DNA from: Geosiphon pyriformis uo1
Taxonomy: Eukaryota; Fungi; Glomeromycota
NCBI GenBank assembly: GCA_016748015.1
Contig: JAAOMT010000519.1
Coordinates: 1 to 64,000, forward strand
Length of the DNA stretch: 64,000 nucleotides
Reading direction: 5' to 3'
This document shows, piece by piece, positions 14,090 to 26,884 of the stretch. Under the pieces are notes generated by a model. It was not told where the DNA came from. It worked only from the letters and a program-made list of their open reading frames with translations, and did no database searches. Positions within the stretch are counted from its first letter, which is position 1, and the number at the start of each line of letters is the position of its first letter. Position numbers and translations under genes: made by a program.

Positions 14090-15400
14090 GGCGGATGGGA
14101 GCGATATCTAGCAAAGAATAACACATTTAATGTCTTTGTTTGAAGTATAGCAAAAAATCTACTTGGACATGCGTGTCCGCAAAGACTAAACTCTAAAAAT
14201 CCTTGATTGACACGGGTTGTTGGATTATTTTGATTAAGGTAACGATAATCATTGAATTCTAGTCCATTTGGATCTTGAAAATCTTTATCGGCATTAATTG
14301 ATGGTAGATAGACAAAAATTGTTCGACCTTGGAATTCAAAAGAAATATTGAGTTGTTAAAAAATGAAATTTTTGCGAAATAGGAAAATGCCTGTTTTAAT
14401 TGAATATTCTGATATCATGTGGTATTTGATAACTATTTGAAAATGTCATTTGTGGGCCAACGTTCATGTGTGGAAAAGCAACTGATTATTTTCGGAGAGG
14501 AGTTAGTAATAAACTTCTTGAAACAGGATAAGATAGATTCACAAAAATGTTTAGAATGCTTAAGAATATCTCCTCGACATCGCATTGATTCTTTGATGAA
14601 ACTCTCAAGTTTAACCATTCTATCCAATTGCTCGAGGGTAAATTCACTATCAAAGTCTGATTCTTTTGTAATCTCTTTTTGCTTTTCTAATAATCTGTCA
14701 AGGTAATCTTTTCGAGCTGTCAAGTCTTTTTAAAAAACAAGAATTTCCGTAAAGACTCAATCAACGTAATTTAGACCTTGCTGGAAATAAAACTTACCAT
14801 ATAGAACATTAGGGGAATTAATGCTTAATGAATCGATCGCTGACAAAATTTAAAGAAGCAATTGTTCTGCCATGAAGGAATAGTCTACATTTACCTTGTC
14901 GATCAAATGATATTACAAAATCATTTGAATCAAATCAACCTTAAAAGTGAAAGAAATCTTGAAAGCTGCCTTTCACTTAAATAACTTGTATATAAAAATG
15001 AAATTGAGGCTGTTACTGGTGGTTCATAATTTTTTCCTTGTTCTTTTTCTTTTGCAATCTTTTCTCTACAATAGGTTTGAGCCGCTTAATCTTAGCAAGT
15101 TTAATTTTCCATCCATAATGTCATAAGAATTTTTGTGGATTGACCACACAAAAAAAGTATATTGCTTACTTACATGGGACTTTGTTGATGAAGCCATGGG
15201 TGAATAAATGAAAGGGCTTGTGGTATTGCCATCGTTTTCGATGCAAATCCTCGAAATAAAGAAATTAATTGCTCATCCTGACCGAGCTCCTAAAGTACCA
15301 GAAAAAAATACCGTGAAAGAATTATCCTTCTGCAAAGCTAATATATTTCATGCTTTTTACCTCTCCTAGAAACACATTAGCTGATGGTATGGATAATATG
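14090..15400 (-). pseudogene. Cytochrome P450 pseudogene
   Basis: K-helix LDRMVKLESFIKESMR (ExxR) in ORF 14433-14723; decayed heme motif FLEFSLCGHACPSRFFA at ~14150-14200; the surrounding frames are broken. Confidence 0.75.
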
Positions 15401-17579
15401 TGTTGAATTATTCCTTTTATTTCTAGAAAATAGAGTAATATTTTACAATTGTTGTTTTCTTTATAAAACTCACCTGAGGTCTTTGGTACTTTTTAATTTT
15501 CAACACCTCTCATCTCTCAAAGACAAAAATCGCAATCTGAGTTCACTTTATCAAAAAACCAAGAATCAAAATGCATCAAATCAATACCACTTTAAGAAAT
15601 CAAACCGCTTTGATCTTCAAAACATTTGAAGGAAGAGAAAATACTAGGAAGTCATTAAAACCTTTGCTTATCTTGGTTCTAAAACCAAAGTGGGATAAAA
15701 ATTATGACGTTCAGTAAAGGTGTTTACCTGGTTCTAAAACCAAAGTGAGATAAAAATTGTAAAGTTAGAAATTTATTATTTATTTAGTCAGACAAACTGG
15801 AATTAAGTTTTAATTCAAGTTGACATAACTTCAAACTATTCAATGTTAATTAATTGTATATAAAAAATAGTGACCCAATATTTAAATCTTTAATACTAAT
15901 GTAGAAAGATATTCAGTTGTTTCTTTAATTTTCAAATGTAGCAAACTTGAACCAGACTAATTAAAATATTTTATAAATAAAATCTTTGATTTACCAAAAT
16001 AATTCCAAAAAAGCCCTTGGTCTTTATGGGGTGTACCAAAATTACGTTTCAAAACTTGGCAATTTTTATGGCCATGCAACCACTAACGAATAAACAAAGG
16101 CAAATCTATCTTTGGAATTGATAAAATTTAAATTGTCCTCTATTTATTATAGTCAATCCTCATTTGCAACCAAGAATTACCAAAGAATTATTTCAAACTA
16201 AAACAGTTATTCAAGCACAAAATGGTAGTCAAAAAATAAGATAAAATACTATTACCAACGTACAGCGTGGCTGGCCATCTTAAAAATTACCATAGGAGTA
16301 GTCAACAAAATTATTTTTGAGAAAATTTTTGAAAAATTAAATGAGCTTTGAATTTCGATCTAATGAAAAACCTTAAAAAATCACTCCATTGATTCAAGAA
16401 AAAATTTTCTACAAAATTGGAAAGCAAATTAATTTCGGTTCTGATATCATAGAGGGTTTGTAGAGAATTTAATTGAATTACTAGACGGCCAGATGCCCTC
16501 TTGAGAAAGTTACCTACCATCACATGGTCCAATAAAACGATCTACTGTTTCTCGTAGATTTTTTTGAATTCTTGGGTTATAAATTGCTAAAAGTGGAGTA
16601 AGCTTTGTACGAATTATGTCGGCAGATGTGGCCATGTAGCTTTGCCTTTGGTTTAAAATTTGTCCGAAAGGCTGAATCTTGTTAAACGGTATTATTAATT
16701 TAGCTATTTTTTTTATAATCAGCTTGAATTGAAATAGAAATCAAAGATTGAGTATAAAGACCATCTCCAAAGCAGCAAAAAGATCCATATTTTTGTGTTT
16801 GAATATTTCATGAGCTAATTTTTTTTCTACAATACAATATACTTGACCATATACGTAGATATTAAATATAAATCGCATACTTTGAAAATGGGCAAGAAAT
16901 GTACTTTTTAATTCAGATTTATATTGTTTATAATCAAATACATTGAAAATGTGTTTTCATTTCAAAGGTATGTCCAATGAACGGGTATTTATATGGAACT
17001 AACGGTGGTTCGTTCTTTTTAAATAAATTTTTGAGCGATTTTCTCAAAGACAACATAAATTTTGAATAGAAAATTAGTTAAATAAATTTACCAAAATTTT
17101 CTTTGGTTTTTTAAGAAAATAAATTAACATCACAAAAATCGAGGTCAAAAAGGCCATTCCTAAATTCAAGTTTCCCGAATCAAGAATACCCATCTTGTGA
17201 TCTTTGAAAAGTTTAGGATCCTTATAAAGGATATAATTTACAAAATTGAGAGAAGTAGGTTTTATATATTTCTACCGCCAATGTAGACACAAGGTACGAC
17301 GAAAAATAAGTGCTACGGAGGATGTAATATTCTGAGGTGGAGTTTCATTATGCTGAATAGAATCTCATGTGAAGAATTGAAAGTAACATCTGCGGATACA
17401 TTGTCAAGTTCACATCTACTGTATTTAAGCATTTTACTTTTAGCCAAATTTCTCTTAATAAATGGTTATTTGCATATGTTGCAGATATGGATTTTATCAC
17501 AATTTTATGTGCGCAAATTAGAATTTTACATTTTATTTTGTTGTTTAAACTCTTCTTCATTTCTTTATTTTAATCAATC

Positions 17580-19172
17580 TTTCAGGTGAAATAATTAACC
17601 AATCTTTAATACAACAAACAATAGTTTAAACGTGTTAAAAGAACTGCAAATGTGATAGGCGTTTTAGCGCTTTTATTCCTGGGATAAATAATGTGCCAAT
17701 CATCGAAACTGCTATAGAACATATCCGAATTAGGGACGTGAGTACAAGGAAAATGTGGGACAAAGAGAGTACTATGTGAATTTTGTTAAATTGACCTCGT
17801 TTATAGCAAGTTAAAGATATACACCGTTTTTGATTTTATAAATTGTATCAATTATCAAAATACTCTTAACATTCAGCCCAATAAAATATAATTTTTATGA
17901 AAAGATGTTAGCAAAATTTTAAATGTGCATGACATCGAAAAAAATTCAAAAGCTTAATTTTGTAACGACACTTCAATTCTAAAACGAGACAAAAATTTTC
18001 TATTAATTAAAAACACATTTTTCCTCTTTAATAATTAATTGACTTTCAACCGATAGTGCTTAGAAAAAACTGAGGGAGGTATTACCAAAAATTATTGGCC
18101 AACTTGATGTAATTAGGGCCATGAATGAAGCATGTAAAAATAAAAACAAGGAGCTTTCGGCAAAAAGTATCATCAACCCGGTAAAGGTTGATCGATATCT
18201 TTTAAACCAGTGCACTTCTAATAAATTAGAAAAGGAGAAGAATATAATGAGTCAGGTGGTTATCTTGAAAAAATTGAAGCCCTGTCCACATATCATACAG
18301 TTTAATGCTCTTTTAATGATCACGGGATGAGCGGAATTTGGTAATTTGACCCAAATTGCGACGAAGTTTCATATTACATTTTTCAAGATCAAAAAATTCT
18401 CACAGATCAATATCATGCAACTAAAATTCCTAATTTTTGTAATATGATTATATTATTATTAAAAAACCCCCATTGGAAAAACCAAGTATTTTTGATTGGT
18501 GTAATCATCCTTCATCAGTTTTAATTATACTTGTGAAAGTTTAGCAATGGCACTTGGAAACGGTTCAATATTTGGTCCTGAAAAATTATTCTATAATCGT
18601 AAAAATCTATCACCACAAATGTGAAATCTTTAGGTATATACTAAAGATTGGTTGGATTTAAAAGCAAAACCAAGGTTTTATTCTAATTCTTTTCTTAGTT
18701 TTGTCAGATTGCTAGGAAGATTGCCATACAAAGAAAAAGTAGATATATTAGCATTCGCGAAGTCCTTAAAGGTCAGCCACTGCAATTTTAGCCTAAATAT
18801 TCCCATGATTGGAGAAAAAAGGTGAATAAAAAGTTCTGTATTTTTATAACTGTCTTTTACTCTAAAATTTTTATGCTTTGTTCAATTACAAATAACTAAT
18901 AGGCATAATCCTCTTTGGCGACTGCTCTTTAAAAAAAAGCTTAGGGTATTATATAAACTTCAAAATCATACCAGCTACAAGACTCAAAGTCATCAACAAT
19001 ATATCTAATTCTTCAAAAACTTTGCTTACTTTTGAATTCGAATCCTTCCGATCCTGATAATGATGATGGCTTGGATATTGAATTGGCTCTTAAATGTTTT
19101 GTCTATTAAAGATGCATAAGAAATAGACGGTAATAAGATTAAATGCTTTTAAAGCTTTTCAAACACATGCTG
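17580..19172 (+). pseudogene. Decayed copy of the MLKL-like/pseudokinase/Sel1 gene, 3' truncated, inverted relative to the intact gene
   Basis: Starts with tcaggtgaaataat as upstream of the intact ATG (ATG lost). Recognisable NVLK..GVLA..IPGINNV, NIMSQVVILKKLKPCPHIIQF, GPEK and AFKAFQTHA blocks, with many deletions. Confidence 0.85.
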
Positions 19173-19189
19173 GAATTAAGTAAAATTTC

Positions 19190-19444
19190 ACATCACAATT
19201 GCATTGCTTTGAGCATTTTCCAAATGCTATCAATTAAACGTCGTTCCGTTCATAACGGTTGGAAAGAGTGCGTGGCGACCAGGTTTTGGTTAGTGATTGA
19301 AGCTCCAAGTTTCTTCTTTATTTGTGCAGATTTTTAGAACTGAAGCCATGGTTAGCCTACTCTAATGCAGCGATTTTGCGAACCTTTAATTCTTTTCTTG
19401 TAGTTTATATATTCGGGAGCGTTTTTCTATGAAATTCGAGCCAT
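19190..19444 (-). mobile_element. Tc1-family transposase N-terminal (HTH) fragment
   Basis: MARIS*KKRSRIYKL..KEETWSFNH*PKPGR; homologous to 25940-26268. Confidence 0.7.
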
Positions 19445-19740
19445 TGAACCAAAAAGAATTTGTTAAAAATGTTGTGTGAGATAAAAAAAATTATTTATAC
19501 TTTGTGGCATTATATTTATCTTCAGGTCCTTTCGTTCGCTGTGATAATTACCTAAACGTGATAAAAAAAAGTTTACTAAAGGATATTTACTAATGTTGAA
19601 ATCAAGAAATATGTTTTGTCATTGTGATTTGAAATTTTCTTTATCCGTCAAAACAAGCTTAAAAAATTAGTGTATTTCAAAAATCTTTTATAATATTAAT
19701 TCTAAAGAATGTATTGAAATAAACTGATCCAACGTTAGAT

Positions 19741-22269
19741 TTAATCCAAATTTTCGGTGAATGAGATATTCTCCTTCTGACACATTTCTACTGCTTTTGG
19801 TTGGCCTTTCAAAGCAGCCAAAATCAAATATTCTTTTCCCTTTTTTTCATCTTTCAAGACACCCGATCCCCTATAATATAGGTAGCCAACATTATACATG
19901 GCGGTGGGGTTGTCATTATTAGCGGCCACTTCGTAATACTTGATGGCATTTTCTTTGCTTTCTTGTACTCCATCACCAGCCCATAAACAATAAGCATAGC
20001 GAAGCTGAGCTTCAGCGATTCCTCCTTTATCTGCAGCTTCCTTAAAAAGTTTTACGGCCTTTTCCCTTTGGTCCTTTTTCTCTTGGGAAGGATTCTGGGG
20101 CAGTTTATCATAGAAGAGGTAATATCCCATCCAGTACTTAGCGAGCTGATCTCCAAAACTAGCATGTATTTCGAAAGCTTTAAATGCATCAATCTTATTG
20201 CCACCTTTCTTCTTGTACTCTAGTATAGCATCTTGGACAGACAAAACATTGGAGAGTTCAGCAAGGTCCGATTCAATCATAAAGTCATCATCATTATCCG
20301 TATCGGGAAGGTTTGGATCCAAAGTAAGTAAAGTTATAGGAGCATTAGGTGTATTTATAAGGCTAGAACGAGGCGAGACTTGTGGCTTGTATAATTTGAG
20401 AAGTTTATGTAAAGCCGTGAACATATCTGTAAGCGAGGGTCGCAAACTCGGCTCATGCCTAGTAGCTAGTTATAATTGAATAAAAACATGCAACGTTTTA
20501 GACCCAGTAAAGAATATTTTATAAAAATCAAACCCTTTTTATTCACCTCCCCAAGATATTTGTTGCCAATCTGGGGGAACACCTGCGCTGAATGGAAGTG
20601 ATTGAATTTTAAGAGCTTCTTCACAAATCTCTTTTAAATCTCCTTTTGATTTGTATGGAATCTGTTCTTCGGCAATCTCCCATAGCAATATGCCAAAACT
20701 ATGGAAATAATTAGGCTAAGACATTAAATTTGGATTTGAAATGTAACCAATCTTTAATATATATGTATATAAATATATACCTATAAATTTCGCATTTGGT
20801 ATTGTATAAAGTTTCATGGTCTTTTAGTTTCTCAGGGGCCATATATCGAGCGTTTGCTAAGGTTGGTCCCATTGCTAAAGTTTGATCATCATAATTACGA
20901 CTAATGGAGGGAGTTTACCAACGGATGAAAAATATTTAGCTTTTCCAATGAGGTTTTTTAATAATAAATATAATCATACTATACCTTAGAGCAAAATTAG
21001 CAATTTTAGCTGCATGATATTGATCTATGAGAATATTTTGACTTCTAATGTCATGATGTAAAATGGAAACTTCATGAAGGAAAGTCAAGCCACGAACAAT
21101 ATCTGTCGCAATTTGACTTCGTTTCAGCCAATCGAGGGGTCCGTGGTTTTTGTAATATTCTGTCAAAGAACCTAGCTCTGCCCATCCCGTGACCATTAAA
21201 ATGGCATTTTCATCTTCCGATACGCCATAGAACTGTATGATATGTGGACAATTCTTCAATTTTTTCAAGATAGCCACCCTACTCATTAAATTCTTCTTCT
21301 CTTCATCTGGTTTACTGGAAAGCGCCCTAGTTTCAACCGCCACTTCAATTTTCCCTGTGAAATATTTCTTTTGATATTTACCTCGAGTAATTTGTTCGGA
21401 TGTTTCTGGATCTGTTAATTTGTGTCGATCAATTTTGACCGAATCAATAATACTATCCGGAAGCTTCGCTTTGTCATATGCTCCAAACATGGCTAAAACT
21501 ACTTCGAATTTTTCGGTAATTTTTTGGTTGATATCTGTGATACCTCCTTCAATCTTTCGTAAGTACTATTGGTTTAAACGCAATTAACTATTTATGAAAG
21601 AAATAAGTTCTTATTTGATAAAAATTTTCTTTAACTTACATCTTCTAAATCGGCGATATCACGCTTGATAATCGTTTTACTTTTTTCCAATAGACTTTGG
21701 ATTTGAAGCGTTGTTGCAAAATTAAGAGCCCTAATTAAATCATCGAAATCTTGAGTCAGATTTTTGAATTCATCTTCGATGCTATACGCATTTAAAAATT
21801 TGCGCAACCCTTGTAATAAAATTCCAATATGAGGATGTAAAAAAGCATGAAAGTTAGCTTGGAGCATCCTGATGATTAATATAATTCTTGAACTATTTAT
21901 AAAATTAAAACGGCACATACCATGAACGTTTGATACTTTTTTAATAAATTTTTCAATCTTCCTTATAACCGTGAGTAATTCGGTAAAATTTTTGTAATAT
22001 TCTTTTTGCTGCAAATTTTCCTTGTCAGTTATCATATCTTCTATAGCAAATTCAACTATCCTTACACGCTCTAATAATAATCTGCAGATTTTTTTATTGT
22101 GTTGCGCAGTTTGATACAATTCGGCGATACTGCGAATCAATTTCGTCACATCATTTATCAAAGGAATAAAAGGTGCTAGAACATCTATCGCACTCGAAGT
22201 TCCCTTTAATACATTGCAGATGTCGGTTGCTGTAGTAAGAATCACTTCTTCGTTGTCTTGCTTGCTCAT
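19741..22269 (-). CDS. MLKL-like (HeLo-like/4HB) N-terminal domain + pseudokinase + C-terminal Sel1 repeats; intact, ~698 aa
   Basis: Six GT-AG exons join in frame: 22269-21921, 21809-21640, 21565-20985, 20900-20781, 20698-20547, 20465-19741 (2097 nt). N-terminus APFIPLINDVTKLIRSIAELYQTAQHNKKICRLLLERVRIVE..FTELLTVIRKIEKFIKKVS matches the MLKL N-terminal-domain pattern. Kinase fold: VAVE, HHDIRSQN, IANFALSR, YMAPE, CEIYSFG. About 3 Sel1 repeats at the end. Confidence 0.9.
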
Positions 22270-23289
22270 TATTTCACCTGAGCGATTAATTAAAACTGAG
22301 GAGAAAATTTCCTATCCAATTTTTAATTAATTTTTAGGCTTATATTTAAAACAAATTATTCCACCGAATTTTATGCAATGTTTTAATAAAGGTTCCACAA
22401 AGCAACTTCGCAGTACCACAAACATTGAATTTAATTTTCGGTATGATCTTCTGGGTCTTTGAAAACTTTCCTATTTCAGATAACTTAATAATTGCTATTA
22501 GGCCGTATTGAGTAGAGAAGGCTGAACAGCAGCCTGTAACCTCTTCGCTCAACAGCCTAAGCCAATTATTAATCCTTCAAATTCCCAACATGCAAAAATC
22601 TAAGTTCGTTCAATTAAAGAGAAACTAAAATTCTTTTTTTTATTCTTACAAATCAAAATGAGGGCATTTTTAAATATTATATTGATTATTTAAAAAGTAT
22701 TTCTATTTTAATATAAAAGTCACGTTTAGATTTAAAAGAATATTTCTTCATATTCAAAAAAGTTAATTTTTGTATTTAATCGATTAGATATTATCTGGGA
22801 AAATTTATTTATAGGTTAGAATCGTTAAGATGCAAAGCTAGTAAGAAGAAATTTATCAATGAATTCTAGAAATGGGGCTATTAGTTTTCGTTTATAGCAA
22901 TAAGACAATAAGAAACGTAAAGTTTGCGTTAGATTCCTTCCCGGGACGATCAATCAATCTCGAATGAGAAGTTTATCTGGATTCAATGGATGAGATATTA
23001 AATTCGATTTTTCTATTAAACATCATTTTGGGCTAGCAGAAAATCTTATACATTTCTCACTGCGCCTAGTAAATGAGGCAAATAGAAAATATCAATATAA
23101 TAACGAGAAACATACCTGCTCTAGACGTATATTCAACTCCTTCCCAGAGAATCTGTATCCGTTTAAGCATTCTCAATCAGGTAATTTATTTTATGAAGTA
23201 AGCATCTATTTCCAGTATTTTCTTTCAGATTCTCGCGTTGAAGAAATCTTCTAAACACAGTCTTACGGGAATGTGAGTTAACAAAATTA

Positions 23290-25880
23290 TCGGTTGAAAT
23301 CCTATTTATTAGCAAGATAAACATAGTTTATTGAAAAATTTATAATCCATTTGTGTTAATTGAAAATTATGTTTTTAAAATCATCAATAATTTGTTGAAG
23401 GAACATTCATTGTCATCAAAGAAAGTTTGGCCAATTTTCCCAGCGACAGTTATTCAAAAGTTGCTGACTTGGTGAAAAAATATCTTGAGCATAACAAGAA
23501 AACACGTAAAGATTTTCGATTGCTTTAATAATAAAAGTTCAAGCCGTTCGATGGATAATAATTAGCTCGGCTTTTTTTTAGAACATGGGATTGGAAATAT
23601 TTCGAATTTAAAACTAACAAGTTCAAAAGATTCTTTTGGACAATTCTTCTTAGGTCATTGTTATGATAATGGGATTTTTACTTCACAAGATTGAAGAAAA
23701 CCATTTAAACTCTATTCAAAAGCAGCAGAGATGGGAAATACAAATACACAATTCAATTTTGGAGTTTTTATTATAACGTACGGGTTATGATGAAAAGCTT
23801 TTTGTTTCTTTTTTTATTTCTGTAGATGTAGCCAGGGCTACTCTGTTGCAGCGATTTTACGGACTCTGTATCCTTCTTTTCGCAATGTATATATTCAGGA
23901 GCGTTTTTTTTATGAAATCCAAGGCATAAAAAGAATTAGTTTATAATTTGCGTGAGGTGAAAACAATTTTTTATTTAAATAATAGCGAAAACAACCAATT
24001 AAATGATATTTGCCATTTTAACAAGTGTATTTTATTTACTTTTGGCACATTACAATTTCATTCAACTTTAATTTTTTACCATCAAAAGTAATTATAATAT
24101 AGAGCGCGGAATGAATCGTCCTGGAATAAAGAGCATCGTGACAAAGGTAATAATTCGAATATAAAAAATTAAGATACAAGACTTGCCTTTAATTTATTTA
24201 TAATGCAACAAAAGAGGTATGTGATTTTAATTAATTAATCTAATTCCTGATTTACAATAATAATATCCAAAACTGAACAGGATAGGATAAAAGATAAGAA
24301 TCAAGAATTTGAATAATTTTAAAAATCAGTATTAGTCTGTAATTTTATTTATAAATATTGAAAAAAAAACTAGGCTAGAAGTCTGAGCGCAGAGGATGTT
24401 TGAAGAGCAGCTAAAAAAGGCGCTCAAGATATCTAACATATATTCCTTATAATATACAAATTGTTCATTTTTAATTTATGGCTGCCCGAAAGGAATAAGA
24501 GTTAATGATGTGTCCACATTATTCCTGTTATATTCAAGTGAAGCAAAAGTGGCGGAAACTAAAAACTCAGGAAAATTATATGCATATATTTTTATCAAAA
24601 AATTTAGTTTACCTGCTCTAATACCAAAGCTTTTAAATAGACAATTTTTTCTATAATTGGGTCGCAAGTTTTTTTAACAACCATGAAATAGGTTGGAAAC
24701 AAATCCTCATTCTAAATATGGGTAAGAGATAACATCCCAATAATCATATTTCAAATTCATAGTCAAAAGCATCAAAGGCAATTTTAGTATCGGAAATTAT
24801 TTGGAAAAAAACAGTGAAAAAATTCAGTATATGAGCAAACAGAAAAGATAATAAAAAACAGATTTGGCCAAAAATACTGAACTAGTGAAACATTTTGATT
24901 GGATGGAACATGGACTAGTGAAGATCATAATATTAATCAGTATACAGAAAATTTCTAAAAGCTGCAGAGGCCACCTGGAATGGATTTTTACTGACGAGAT
25001 TAAATTTTTAGATAAGGTGGAGAAAGAGGATTTATTGTTGTCAAAAAAGGTAGTTAGGAGAGATGCGATATTCTATTTTGAGATGAGAGAAATCAAAAAC
25101 GTGAATGGGAGTGGTGTTACAAAAGTTGCTTTGAAATAGCTTAGATAGCTAAAATTTAAAATATATTAATTCAGATGAGGTATTTCTTTTTCTAACACTA
25201 GAAAACGTTTTGAAATAGTTTATTGCGCATCATAAAAATGCCTCTTGCAAATACATCTTTGAATGCTATGGAATAACCAAAGATGTTACAACGAATAAAA
25301 TATTAGACTTTTACCATTTGTATAACATGTGAATCTCATAACTTTTCTCAAGAATGAAACGATCTTACTTGGGTAATGTTTCTTCATTCCTTTTCAAATC
25401 ATCATTGGCCTAAGGTTTATACATGAATCGAACTAGTGCATGAAGACTTATATCCTAGTTTTGAAATCAAATTCCTTAAAAGTAGCCATTGCTGACCTAG
25501 GATTCTGTCGTCCTGCGATTACTCTCGATAGTCTTGAAAAAATTTTGGTGTTGTTTAATACACAGCGTCCGAAGTTTGTAACTTATCGCCTTGTACCACG
25601 CACAGCGATATTTATAGTCATGCCATCATTTCCCGAGAAATTATTTCAGAAGAAAGATCGTGGAATGAGATTAAAGATCCTAAAGATTTTTAATTCTTGG
25701 AAAGCGTCCCATAATCGAAAACCATACACCTTAATGTATACAGGAAATTATTGAGAAAATTAGGATAATAATCCGAATCTATCCGTGAAAGTAACTTAAT
25801 TTCAAAAAGATACAAGGTGCAATCCATGACAAAAGTCAAATAATCTTAAGCCCTCTACTTTTTACAAATGGTAAACCTTT
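23290..25880 (+). pseudogene. Decayed copy of the Sel1-repeat/TKL kinase gene
   Basis: 23395-23770 matches 40640-41030 (aaagttgctgacttggtgaaaaaatatcttgagc, gaacatgggattggaa, gattcttttggacaattcttcttagg). 24905-25875 matches the kinase half (WTSE, HLEWIFTDEI, TKVALK, KVAIADLGFCRP, same intron position). Stops and frameshifts; most of the Sel1 array is missing. Confidence 0.88.
23790..23927 (-). mobile_element. Tc1 N-terminal fragment inside the kinase pseudogene
   Basis: Shares gcagcgatttt and tatatattcaggagcgttttt blocks with the 19.3 kb and 26.2 kb fragments. Confidence 0.6.
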
Positions 25881-25939
25881 CATGTATAATTTTTTAGTAT
25901 CTTCTTGCCTAAGTGGCCGTGGTTTTTAATTTTGCTTCA

Positions 25940-26268
25940 GACTCAATCTCGCTGGAGTATATGCCGTACGTTTTTCACTGACAAATTGACTCATAGTTCA
26001 ATTTGTAGTTGGTGTTGGACTCCAATGGCGACGAAGAAATTTCCAAATGTTATCAGTTGGACACTATTCCGTTCATAACAATCCGAAAGAGTGCGTGGGC
26101 GACCAGGTTTTGGTTTGTGATTGAAGCTCCCAGTTTCTTCTTTATTTGTGCAGATTTTTGAACTAAAGCCAGGGTTACCTGCTCTAATGCAGTGATTTCC
26201 CGTACTCTTTATCCTTTTTCTCGTAGTTTATATATTTGGGAGCGTTTTTCTTGTGAGATCCGAACCAT
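25940..26268 (-). mobile_element. Tc1-family transposase N-terminal fragment
   Basis: MVRISQEKRSQIYKLREKG*RVREI..ICTNKEETGSFNHKPKPGRPRTLS..LSVKNVRHIL: paired-like HTH plus GRPR motif. Confidence 0.8.
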
Positions 26269-26884
26269 TTAAATAAAAATGATCGGTTAAAAATGTCGTG
26301 TAAGATGAAAAAATTATTTTATTCATAATTAGTGAAATCTTTAAGCATTATAATCACCTTTAGGTCCTTTCGTTCACTAACTGATTCTATGATGATTAAC
26401 TAAGTGCGATAAAATTTAGAAATTTTTATTATTAAATAATAACGAAGAATAAAAACAGCATTAATTGACATTTTTTATTATGACAAATGTATTTCATTTA
26501 CTTTTAGCTGCGTGTAATTCTTCAATGGCAAGATATTCAAATCTCGCCATCTCTGTTTCGTGTTGAGTTTCTTCTATAAGCAACTATGACGAGAACGACT
26601 CCAAATTAATTATCACATGCATTAATAACTCTAGTTTCTTTAATTCGAAGCAGATCCAACTCCTGATTAATAAGAGTCATTGTCTATATCCAAATGCCTA
26701 GTGAGCTATTCATATTCTAATATCTGTTTCAGTTTGAAATATAGTGCAAGAAACATGAGTTTCCATTATGGTCTGGAATTTTCTTTATTGCTCAAAATAA
26801 GCTTAAAATATTGGTTTATTTTAAAAAATTATATATTAATTTAAAGAAAGTATTTGAATAAATAAACTGACCTAAAAAGTTAGT

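Noticed and set aside
15674-15758. ~28-bp direct repeat tggttctaaaaccaaagtg.gataaaa, two copies 55 bp apart
   Set aside because: Only two copies; a simple local duplication with no supporting context.
16250-17340. Slightly GC-richer patches that may be another decayed gene
   Set aside because: No convincing motif recovered in any frame.
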